Origin: Candidatus Heimdallarchaeota archaeon
Lineage (GTDB): Archaea > Asgardarchaeota > Heimdallarchaeia > Heimdallarchaeales > Heimdallarchaeaceae
DNA: 36,806 bases
NCBI GenBank assembly: GCA_021399395.1
Contig: JAAFKJ010000073.1
Coordinates: 1-36,806 of the forward strand
Reading direction: 5' to 3'
Position numbers and translations under genes: made by a program. How positions within the stretch are numbered: position 1 is the first letter of the stretch; the number at the start of each line of letters is the position of its first letter. Shown here piece after piece: positions 20,662 to 28,688 of this stretch. Below the pieces are notes generated by a model. The model did no database searches and was not told the DNA's origin. It worked only from the letters and a program-made list of their open reading frames with translations.

Positions 20662-22236
20662 TTGAAGTATAAATCCTTAAAAACTAAAGTTAGCGTTTTA
20701 ATCTTTTTAATTTTGTTATGCAATTCTACTACAGATTACCACTTACTTTTTAATAGGTTATTTGTTTTTGATAGCTTTAGCTCACAAGCTAATAATGAAA
20801 GTGATACAGATTACTTCAAAGGTTACAATTTATTCGTTCTAGAAACTTGTGATCGCGATGATTGGATTTTCAATAAGTCCCTGATAATTGCTGACTTAGA
20901 AGGCAATATCTATTTTCAAAAAGTGATTGGTACAGATATGGTGGGGTTGGAAGTTTCTCCTGAATTCATCAACTCTACAACAATTCTATACTCTGATAGT
21001 AACGGAGCAAATCTGTGGAACTTCGAAACAGATGAAGTTGTGAATCTGAACATTTTTAGCCATCACGATTTAGAGAGAAACTATGCATATGATTCTTACT
21101 TCTCACTCTCTCATTACACAGTAAGCTATGAAGATGAACAATATCTCTATGATATAGTTTATGAACATTCTTCATCAAAAGAACTACTCTGGTTCTTTAG
21201 AACAGATCTTATAGTGTCCCCAGATCAATGGTGCGTATATCAAGGAATGAGTGGAGATAGACGAGATCTCACTCACACTAATACAGTGATTTACGATGAA
21301 GTAGATGACTCAATATATCTACAAATGAGACACGTGAACTCTTTCTACAAAATTGATCACAAAACTATGTCTTTGATATGGTCTTTGGGAGAATATAGCA
21401 ATTTCACTCAATACGACATAAATGGACAACTAAAGGATATACTCTTTTATCATGCACATGCTTTAGAAAAAGTTAATGATAACACCTACATTCTTTTTGA
21501 TAATGATCAACACAATCAAACAGATGCTCTAGACCAGGCATCAAGATTACTAGAGATCACTGTTGATGAAGAAAGAATGATTGCTAATGTCACTTGGGAT
21601 TGGATTGCCCCCAAAGAGTATTTCTGCAAGATTTGGGGAGATTGTGATCTTTTACCAAATGGTAACTTCCAAGGAACTTTTGGAACTCATAATCATCCTG
21701 ATACAAATTTAGGTGCAAGGTTAGTTGAAGTAAACAGAAATGGAGAAATTGTTTGGAAAATGGACTTTGCGAGAACTCCAAATGAAACCTATGGTATATA
21801 CCAAACTGATAGATTTCGATTTGCACCTATTGTTTCAGAACCAAGATTAGTCAAAGAACAGACTCATCAGTATGTTGAATGGGACGTGTGGTACAATTTT
21901 AGAGCTAAAACAGAGTTCTCTGGTAAATACTACATTACAGTCGATGGTACGCTTGTAGAAACCGATCAGATTACTTTTCCACGTTATTGGCAATCCACAA
22001 ATGTAAGGTATTATTTGAACGACACTGATGATGAAATTGAAGAAATCTCTCTCGTAGTTGAGGATGAAGCAGGACATCTATCTAATGATACAGACAAATA
22101 TAGTTCAGTTGGGACATTGAATATTAAGAAATCAAGAATTGCTTTAATTCTCGGCACGTCAATTGGAGGAGCTATTTTTCTAGGTGTACTTACTTATATA
22201 TCTATTAGATTTTTCAAAAAGAAAAAAAGAATTTGA
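20662..22236 (+). CDS. ASST-like secreted protein, paralog 6
   Basis: SHHD, DLTHTN, QMRH, YHAH, FDND, WGDCD; TTG start; C-terminal TM plus KKKKR. Confidence 0.75.
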   Translation: MKYKSLKTKVSVLIFLILLCNSTTDYHLLFNRLFVFDSFSSQANNESDTDYFKGYNLFVLETCDRDDWIFNKSLIIADLEGNIYFQKVIGTDMVGLEVSPEFINSTTILYSDSNGANLWNFETDEVVNLNIFSHHDLERNYAYDSYFSLSHYTVSYEDEQYLYDIVYEHSSSKELLWFFRTDLIVSPDQWCVYQGMSGDRRDLTHTNTVIYDEVDDSIYLQMRHVNSFYKIDHKTMSLIWSLGEYSNFTQYDINGQLKDILFYHAHALEKVNDNTYILFDNDQHNQTDALDQASRLLEITVDEERMIANVTWDWIAPKEYFCKIWGDCDLLPNGNFQGTFGTHNHPDTNLGARLVEVNRNGEIVWKMDFARTPNETYGIYQTDRFRFAPIVSEPRLVKEQTHQYVEWDVWYNFRAKTEFSGKYYITVDGTLVETDQITFPRYWQSTNVRYYLNDTDDEIEEISLVVEDEAGHLSNDTDKYSSVGTLNIKKSRIALILGTSIGGAIFLGVLTYISIRFFKKKKRI

Positions 22237-22248
22237 TATCAGATAGTA

Positions 22249-23097
22249 TTATTGATCTGTTGGAGAAGGTATATCATCAGTAACGTCTGGTTGTAGGCCA
22301 CCTAATGTTGGTCTGGGTGCTGGACCTACAGGAGCCGCAATTGTTGGAGGAGGCGGAGCATCTCTTACAATTGGAGCAATGTTTTGTATTTGTTTGTTGA
22401 ATTTTTTCAAACCAAGATAAAGTAAAGGATATCCTAAAAGAGATAGTAGTAGAAAACTTATGTCTACAAACACTAAACAGACTGCGACTATATTTATTAA
22501 TGAACTTAATCCTATGAAAAAGGCAGTATCCTTTTGTAATTGTAACCTAAGTCCGTATTTCTTCAATACTTTGTGGAAGAAGAAGAATGCAATAAATAAA
22601 GAGATGTTTGCAAATATAACAGAAATAATCCAGCCGAAACTAGGAATAATATAACTTATAGCAATAAATGAAATGTAAATAATCAAGAATCTGTAAACTT
22701 TCTTTGAAAGCTTTAGTGCAACATCAACTTTAGCTAAGGACCAGAAGTTTTTGCTCATCTCATAATATTTGTACAAAATGATTACTGTTGTTGCGATGAG
22801 AGCAAGAGAGAATATTATTGTAAATGAAGCTAACAGACTTGAAACAATGTCAGTAGGAGATAGTTGTAGCCCCAATATACTTATGAGAGTATAGATATCA
22901 GGGGTAAGAAAAATTATGTGATCAAACAGCTCTTGTCCAAAAATAACTTGACTCAACAGAGTAAATATAACCATAAGAACTGTTCCAAGGAATGCGAGTA
23001 AAGGTAATATTTTGATAATTCGATTAGAAAACTTCTCTAGATTTAATTTTATCTCGTCTAAAGCTAGTTTAGTATCAGATGTTTCCATTATCTTCAA
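22249..23097 (-). CDS. Hypothetical multi-pass membrane protein with proline-rich C-terminal tail
   Basis: About 6-7 hydrophobic segments; tail APPPPTIAAPVGPAPRP. Confidence 0.65.
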   Translation of the reverse strand: MKIMETSDTKLALDEIKLNLEKFSNRIIKILPLLAFLGTVLMVIFTLLSQVIFGQELFDHIIFLTPDIYTLISILGLQLSPTDIVSSLLASFTIIFSLALIATTVIILYKYYEMSKNFWSLAKVDVALKLSKKVYRFLIIYISFIAISYIIPSFGWIISVIFANISLFIAFFFFHKVLKKYGLRLQLQKDTAFFIGLSSLINIVAVCLVFVDISFLLLSLLGYPLLYLGLKKFNKQIQNIAPIVRDAPPPPTIAAPVGPAPRPTLGGLQPDVTDDIPSPTDQ

Positions 23098-23155
23098 GAA
23101 AAAATGTAAAGGGGATTATATAAAAATATTCGTAGTTTTAAAGAGTCATTTCTAA

Positions 23156-23704
23156 TCAATAACTGTCAATAGAAGCAAATTCCTCAAAACTCTTTCTTGA
23201 TGACCTTTTGTTTTCTACTTCTTTGTGTTTGTCTCCTAACTTGCTTAAATCTTCAGATTGCTTTCCTACTGCAATTAATGTTATAAGCTTCATTTCTTCA
23301 GGAATGTTAAGAATTTTCTTAGCTACTTCCTCATCGAATCCAGCCATAGCGTGCGCAATAAGACCTTTATCAACTATTGCTAGCATTAAATGAGCGGTAG
23401 CCATTCCCGTTCCAAACAGATAATATTCTCTGTCACCTATAACACAATCATACTCTTTTTGACTAAAAACAGCTATAAGCATCGATGCTTCTTTTGCCCA
23501 ATAATTTCCTCCACCAAGTGCTTCATGAAGTCGTGTAAGAGATTCTTTTTCTCTTACAAAGACAAATCTCCATGGTTGTTTGTTACCACAAGAGGCTGCT
23601 CTAGAAGCTTTGTAAGCAACATCTTGTATTAATTCGTCTGTAATTTCTACTTGTTTTAAAGCTCGAATAGCTTTTCTTTTCTCAATTACTTCTCTAAGTT
23701 CCAT
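23156..23704 (-). CDS. Nitroreductase family flavoprotein
   Basis: IEKRKAIR, AASCGNKQPWRFVFV, LML.....GL..H.M.GFD, LIAVG, RKS. Confidence 0.9.
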   Translation of the reverse strand: MELREVIEKRKAIRALKQVEITDELIQDVAYKASRAASCGNKQPWRFVFVREKESLTRLHEALGGGNYWAKEASMLIAVFSQKEYDCVIGDREYYLFGTGMATAHLMLAIVDKGLIAHAMAGFDEEVAKKILNIPEEMKLITLIAVGKQSEDLSKLGDKHKEVENKRSSRKSFEEFASIDSY

Positions 23705-23718
23705 ATTGAATCCTCCAA

Positions 23719-24183
23719 TTATTTTATCAATTCTTCTAATGAAATTTTGACATCTGCTGTATGTCCACTTACGTTTACTTTATTCCAAGTTTTAGCGATG
23801 TTACCCTCAGGATCTATAAGATAAGTTATTCTCTTAACAGGAGAGATCATCTTTCCAAGAAACGAGGTTGTTTTGGCTTTGTAAGCATCAATTACTTTCA
23901 ACCCAACATCACTAAGGAGTATGATTGAAAGTGCTCTTTTCTGCTTAAATTTCATATGACTCTCAGGTGAATCTGCACTCACGCCAATTACTACTGCATT
24001 AAGTTTTTCAAATGCTTTGTAATTATCAGTAAAATCACACGCTTCTTGTGTACAACCTGGAGTTTGGTCTTTAGGATAGAAGTATAGAACTATCCATTTA
24101 TCTTTAAACTGATGAAGACAAATTTCTGTATTATTCTCATCAGGTAAACAAAATTCTGGGGCTTTATCACCTACTGTTAACAT
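23719..24183 (-). CDS. bcp: Peroxiredoxin Bcp/PrxQ (CxxxxC type)
   Basis: VLYFYPKDQTPGCTQEACDF, GVSADS, R.TYLIDPEG.I. Confidence 0.92.
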   Translation of the reverse strand: MLTVGDKAPEFCLPDENNTEICLHQFKDKWIVLYFYPKDQTPGCTQEACDFTDNYKAFEKLNAVVIGVSADSPESHMKFKQKRALSIILLSDVGLKVIDAYKAKTTSFLGKMISPVKRITYLIDPEGNIAKTWNKVNVSGHTADVKISLEELIK

Positions 24184-24191
24184 AATATCAC

Positions 24192-24671
24192 CTAATCTAG
24201 TTTAAGGTCTAGTAAGAGATTTTTTACTTCTTCTACATGTCCTTTAACTTTTACTTTAGCCCAAACCTTCTCAATTATTCCTTCAGGATTGATCAAGAAA
24301 GTGCTCCTCTGTGTTCCCATGTATTCTCTTCCATACATTTTCTTTAGAACCCACGCACCATACTCTTCGATGACTTTATGGTCAGGATCACTCAACAAGA
24401 TAATTTTCAGATTATGCTTATCAATGAATTTACCAAGTTTGGCTTCAGGGTCATTACTTATTCCGAGGATTGTTGCTTGGTTCGCAGCAAAAGTATCTAT
24501 ATTTGCAGTAAAATCTATAGCTTGAGTAGTACATCCAGGAGTATCGGCTTTAGGATAGAAATAAACTACAACCCATTGATTCTTGAAATCTTTCAAACTG
24601 ATTTCTTTTCCATCCTTATCATTAAGAGTAAAGTCTGGCGCTTTGCTTCCTTCTTTCAACATATTGAACAC
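24192..24671 (-). CDS. bcp: Peroxiredoxin Bcp/PrxQ (single Cys)
   Basis: YFYPKADTPGCTTQAIDF (no resolving Cys), KKMYGREYMG..RSTFLI; start may be a few codons later (MLKEG). Confidence 0.92.
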   Translation of the reverse strand: MFNMLKEGSKAPDFTLNDKDGKEISLKDFKNQWVVVYFYPKADTPGCTTQAIDFTANIDTFAANQATILGISNDPEAKLGKFIDKHNLKIILLSDPDHKVIEEYGAWVLKKMYGREYMGTQRSTFLINPEGIIEKVWAKVKVKGHVEEVKNLLLDLKLD

Positions 24672-25163
24672 TTACACTTCTCGTTTTTTAGGTTTCTCTT
24701 TTCTTATGAAATCGGTTATTTCATCTAGATTAGGAATAGTAGACATTTCATAAATTTTCATAAACACTATCTCTTTATTCTTACCTACCAAGATATTAGC
24801 TCTTTTTGAAACTCCCTTATCTTCCAAAAAAAGGTCTAAGCTTTTTGATAAATCTCCATGAGGCCAGAAATCTGAAAGTAGTTGGACTTCTTTAACACCT
24901 ATCGATTCAGTCCAAGCTCTCTTTGAAGGAGTTGAGTCAACACTCACTCCAATAGGAATGACATCCAACCCCTCTAGTTCATCTTTGTAATCTTCTAAAG
25001 ACTGCATCTGTTTTGTACAAACACCGGTCCAAGCAAGAGGATGAAAGGATAATAAAACCATTTTATCTTCAATATCATACAATCTGAACTCTTCGTTGTT
25101 TTGATCTTTCAATGTAAAATCAGGAATAGTATCTCCTACGTTCATTATAATCACTAGATACAT
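24672..25163 (-). CDS. Peroxiredoxin, AhpE-like
   Basis: FHPLAWTGVCTKQM, GVSVDS, LLSDFWPHG (AhpE-subfamily hallmark), KRA. Confidence 0.85.
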   Translation of the reverse strand: MYLVIIMNVGDTIPDFTLKDQNNEEFRLYDIEDKMVLLSFHPLAWTGVCTKQMQSLEDYKDELEGLDVIPIGVSVDSTPSKRAWTESIGVKEVQLLSDFWPHGDLSKSLDLFLEDKGVSKRANILVGKNKEIVFMKIYEMSTIPNLDEITDFIRKEKPKKREV

Positions 25164-25490
25164 TTTCCCGATGTAATTTAAAGACTAGTCTTCACCAAAT
25201 AGACTAGATTTAAAAAAATATTCTAATTAGACCACTAATTAACTACCTATCACCATCTATAGTTGGATCCAAAAGAATTACAGGGAGTATCTCATTGTTT
25301 CTTGCTGAACTAGATAAACTGAAGAAAAGTATTGTTACCAACTCCATGAGTATTGAAGAAACTTTTACTAACCGGGTTATTCTCATTGCAGATTCATCAA
25401 TACTAAGAAAATAAGAGAAAAACTATATTTAATTTTAGTAAATTAGAAGTGTAATTGGGGTATAATATATTGAAACACAATAAACTTTAA

Positions 25491-26084
25491 ATGTTAATAT
25501 TAGTAGAATCTATTGAATCTCTAATGCCAACACAACCTGGAAGAATCTTTAAAGTCGTACTTATCGGAGACGGAGCAGTAGGAAAGACAAGTTTACGCAG
25601 AAACTATTTGGGTAAAGCATTCAGAGAAAATTACTTGATGACAATTGGGGCAGATTTTAGCGTGAAGCAAGTTCCTTATGAAGATTATATTGTAAGTCTA
25701 CAGATATGGGATCTCGCAGGACAGCCCAGGTTTTCAGAGGTAAGAGGAGCATATTATTCTAACTCTTATGGGGCAATGGTTGTTTTCGACGTTACTAGAC
25801 CTAATACATTTACTAACATCGATTATTGGATTAATGAGATGATAAAATACAATAATAATAAACTCATTCCTCTACTAATAGTTGGTAATAAAACCGATTT
25901 AAGAGGAGCTACTCCTGACGAAGTGCAAGTAGATAGAACCTCAGCCATGACATATGCTCAAGTATTGAGCGAATGGGGAGGAATAAAAGTGGATTATATA
26001 GAAACCTCTGCTAAATCGGGGCAAAATGTTAATTCTTCATTTGAGAGACTTATAGATAGAATCTATTATCAAATGGGATTGTAG
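25491..26084 (+). CDS. Rab-like small GTPase (Ras superfamily)
   Basis: G1 GDGAVGKT, G2 TIGADF, G3 WDLAGQ, G4 NKTD, G5 ETSAK; no C-terminal Cys prenylation motif; start may be 25524. Confidence 0.93.
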   Translation: MLILVESIESLMPTQPGRIFKVVLIGDGAVGKTSLRRNYLGKAFRENYLMTIGADFSVKQVPYEDYIVSLQIWDLAGQPRFSEVRGAYYSNSYGAMVVFDVTRPNTFTNIDYWINEMIKYNNNKLIPLLIVGNKTDLRGATPDEVQVDRTSAMTYAQVLSEWGGIKVDYIETSAKSGQNVNSSFERLIDRIYYQMGL

Positions 26085-26100
26085 AAAAAACAAAAAGATT

Positions 26101-28155
26101 CTATTTTTTGAATCTAATTATTCTCTTTTTAATCAAAATGTAAAAAGTTAAACCGATGACAGCAGCTGAAGCTATACTGATTCCCACGCCCATATTAATA
26201 ACATCTTCACGTGCCATAGGATGATCAGTGATTAGGAGAGGATTAGTGCCTTTACGAACCTCAAGTCCATCTGAAAAATCATCTTCGTCAGTGTCCCAAT
26301 AATTGGGGTGGGTACCATAAACAAACTCATCACTGTTTATGAGACCATCATCATCAGGGTCTAGATCAGCATCTGAAGCATCTAGAGGGTCGAGCTTGTA
26401 TTTCACTTCCCAACCGTCATCACACCCGTCTCCATCACTGTCTTTGTCAGTAGGAGAAGTGAAATATTGATAGATTTCTTTTCCATCAGAGAGATTGTCT
26501 CCGTCAGTATCTTTGATAGTTGGATTACAGCCATAATCATGAACCTCTACACCATCTAAAGCACCATCAGCATCTGTGTCATTATTTAATGGACTAGAAA
26601 AGAATGTATGAACTTCTTCACCATCAATTAGGAAATCTTCGTCAGTGTCATTGTTCAATGGCTCAGTATCTTCCGATAATTCTTCAAGATTAATCAACCC
26701 ATCCAAGTCTGGATCTTCATCTGCATTTTCGACTAGTGGATCTAAGCCATTAATGACCTCCCAGCCATCTGGCATGGTGTCTCCGTCTGTATCTCGTCTT
26801 TTTGGGTTGGTACCAAAAACAAAGATTTCTTCGCCATCCTTCAGTTCATCTGTGTCAGTGTCTTGAGTTGTGGGCCCTGTATCATAAATGAATACCTCTT
26901 CACCATCCAATAGCCCGTCGTAATCCGTGTCGATTCGGTTTGGGTCGGTACCATAAACAAAGATTTCTTCACTATCAAGGAGTAAATCACTGTCTGTGTC
27001 ATTCAAATAAGGATTCGTGAAGTAGATGAAATTTTCTTGCATGTCATCTAACCCATCTGAATCCGTGTCAATGATTGCGAAAGGATAAGGATCATAATAG
27101 AATTTACCTCCATCTATGTCATAGACTCCTGAGCCAGTATAATTTGACCAATAATTGCCCACATTTGTATTAACGTCATACCAGACACTATTTTGTCCTC
27201 TGTCTAGCGCTTGTGATGTTGGGTTAGACCAATAGCTATAACTCCATGCATTACCAACTAGAAAATTGTGATGAAAAGTATTATTTGCTGAAGGCCAATC
27301 TGTTGAATACCAGTCAACATAGAAGCCATATGAATCACATCTCATAATAATATTTCCAAATGATTCTGATTCCTGTATTGCAAAGAGTTCTATCCCTACT
27401 CCACAATCAGAAATTAAATTGTGCTTAATTGTTATGTTGCTTGAATAAGACAGGTCAATAGCTCTATTTCCACCCCAGTTGCTTCCACCAATATCATCTA
27501 TAGTGTTATTAGCAATTGTTGTTCCATTACTACCGACAACATATACCCCTACATTAGAACTGTAATCACAAGTATTGTTGAACACATACGAGTTTTTACT
27601 GTAAAAAACACCAATCGGCATATCGTTGAAACCACAATGGTTATTGCTTATAGTTGCGTTTTCACATAAGTCAACGATTATCCCTCCATAATTGTTTTCA
27701 CAAATATTATCTGAAACAGTAATATTTGGACTATACAAGGTTTGTATTCCAGTACCACCTTTGATACTCTTACATGTGTTATTATAGATAGTTGCAGTTC
27801 CAGGAGCACAATCATAGATATTAATACCTATCATGTATGCGTCAACAAGACAATTTCGGATGATAAAATGACTATTAGTTCCCTCAACATAAATACCATA
27901 ATTAGTATCTGTGTTGATTTTGAGATTTTCAATTATATAGGGGTTGGATTCTGTCCCATTCCCTGCAAAACCGTTGAGAGCAAAATGAGAATTTTGATAA
28001 ATAGCAATTGCTGGTGATACAACATAATTTATTGATAAATCTTCAACTTTCACACTGTTTGTTTGTGCTTCAATTGGTGAAAGCATGAAAGAACTACTCA
28101 AAGTGACAAATAATAGTAACACTATAATCTTATTCTGATATACGGTTTTAGTCAA
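26101..28155 (-). CDS. Surface protein: NosD-like parallel beta-helix, thrombospondin-type-3-like Asp-rich repeats, C-terminal TM
   Basis: Signal peptide; G.GT..NPYIIE lead-in and repeated I.NN.C/I beta-helix turns; GNYWS; 12 D-[TSP]-D-x-D units; TM plus KKR tail. Confidence 0.8.
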   Translation of the reverse strand: MTKTVYQNKIIVLLLFVTLSSSFMLSPIEAQTNSVKVEDLSINYVVSPAIAIYQNSHFALNGFAGNGTESNPYIIENLKINTDTNYGIYVEGTNSHFIIRNCLVDAYMIGINIYDCAPGTATIYNNTCKSIKGGTGIQTLYSPNITVSDNICENNYGGIIVDLCENATISNNHCGFNDMPIGVFYSKNSYVFNNTCDYSSNVGVYVVGSNGTTIANNTIDDIGGSNWGGNRAIDLSYSSNITIKHNLISDCGVGIELFAIQESESFGNIIMRCDSYGFYVDWYSTDWPSANNTFHHNFLVGNAWSYSYWSNPTSQALDRGQNSVWYDVNTNVGNYWSNYTGSGVYDIDGGKFYYDPYPFAIIDTDSDGLDDMQENFIYFTNPYLNDTDSDLLLDSEEIFVYGTDPNRIDTDYDGLLDGEEVFIYDTGPTTQDTDTDELKDGEEIFVFGTNPKRRDTDGDTMPDGWEVINGLDPLVENADEDPDLDGLINLEELSEDTEPLNNDTDEDFLIDGEEVHTFFSSPLNNDTDADGALDGVEVHDYGCNPTIKDTDGDNLSDGKEIYQYFTSPTDKDSDGDGCDDGWEVKYKLDPLDASDADLDPDDDGLINSDEFVYGTHPNYWDTDEDDFSDGLEVRKGTNPLLITDHPMAREDVINMGVGISIASAAVIGLTFYILIKKRIIRFKK
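26240..27070 (-). repeat. Intragenic tandem ~22-23-codon Asp-rich repeats (putative Ca2+-binding)
   Basis: DTDSDGLDD, DTDSDLLLD, DTDYDGLLD, DTDTDELKD, DTDGDTMPD, DPDLDGLIN, DTDEDFLID, DTDADGALD, DTDGDNLSD, DSDGDGCDD, DPDDDGLIN, DTDEDDFSD. Confidence 0.8.
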
Positions 28156-28281
28156 TTAATATCCCCTATGTCTTGCAATATATAACCTACAATTTTTAGA
28201 ACGGTTATAAGTTATACCTAAAAACTTTGAATCATATGCACTTTTAACATTTTTTGTTTAAACCTAAGTTTTAACGAGAAA

Positions 28282-28425
28282 TTATTTAGTTGATTTTGTT
28301 GTTTTTTCAACATCTGCTTCCGATGATCTCATTAATTTAAAGAACAAAACAAGCAAAGCCAACCCAACAGCTGTAGCTACTGCCACCCAAAAAACTGTAA
28401 AGAAAGGTAAAGTTAATGCAGCCAT
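28282..28425 (-). CDS. 47-aa single-pass membrane micropeptide
   Basis: MAALTLPFFTVFWVAVATAVGLALLVLFFKLMRSSEADVEKTTKSTK; strong SD motif AGGTGA a few nt upstream of the ATG at 28425, so the ORF-track TTG start at 28503 is less likely. Confidence 0.75.
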   Translation of the reverse strand: MAALTLPFFTVFWVAVATAVGLALLVLFFKLMRSSEADVEKTTKSTK

Positions 28426-28524
28426 TCTTTTCACCTTAACTAGAATAGTAGAAGAAACGGTAATTATTAAACCTATTCTAAACCCATCCGACCGTGTCGC
28501 CAAAATACTTATAAACAGAAAAGA

Positions 28525-28540
28525 CTTAAAAAGGGCTTTT
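28525..28540 (-). promoter_or_regulatory. Putative BRE/TATA promoter for the micropeptide transcript
   Basis: Minus strand AAAAGCCC-TTTTTAAG; would place the TSS near 28501 (GGCGAC). A second TATA-like TTTATAAG lies at 28508-28515. Confidence 0.4.
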
Positions 28541-28641
28541 CATAGACGAACTACAGCCCATCTAATACAGTTTTACAATTTTTAATCATTACAGAAACAC
28601 CAAAAAGTTGTTTTTCTAGCTGAGTACCTATTCTATGGATT

Positions 28642-28669
28642 AAAAAATTGGATGTACCCAAAACATCCA
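28642..28669 (-). terminator. Putative terminator (7-bp hairpin plus T6) of the downstream P-type ATPase gene
   Basis: TGGATGT-7nt-ACATCCA inverted repeat at 28649-28669, followed on the minus strand by TTTTTT, ~20 nt after the stop codon. Confidence 0.5.
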
Positions 28670-28688
28670 GATTAAATTGATTTTTTCA

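Noticed and set aside
14102-22236. Diversity-generating retroelement TR/VR explanation for the near-identical tracts
   Set aside because: All copies lie inside genes, differences are not adenine-specific, and no reverse transcriptase is present in the window.
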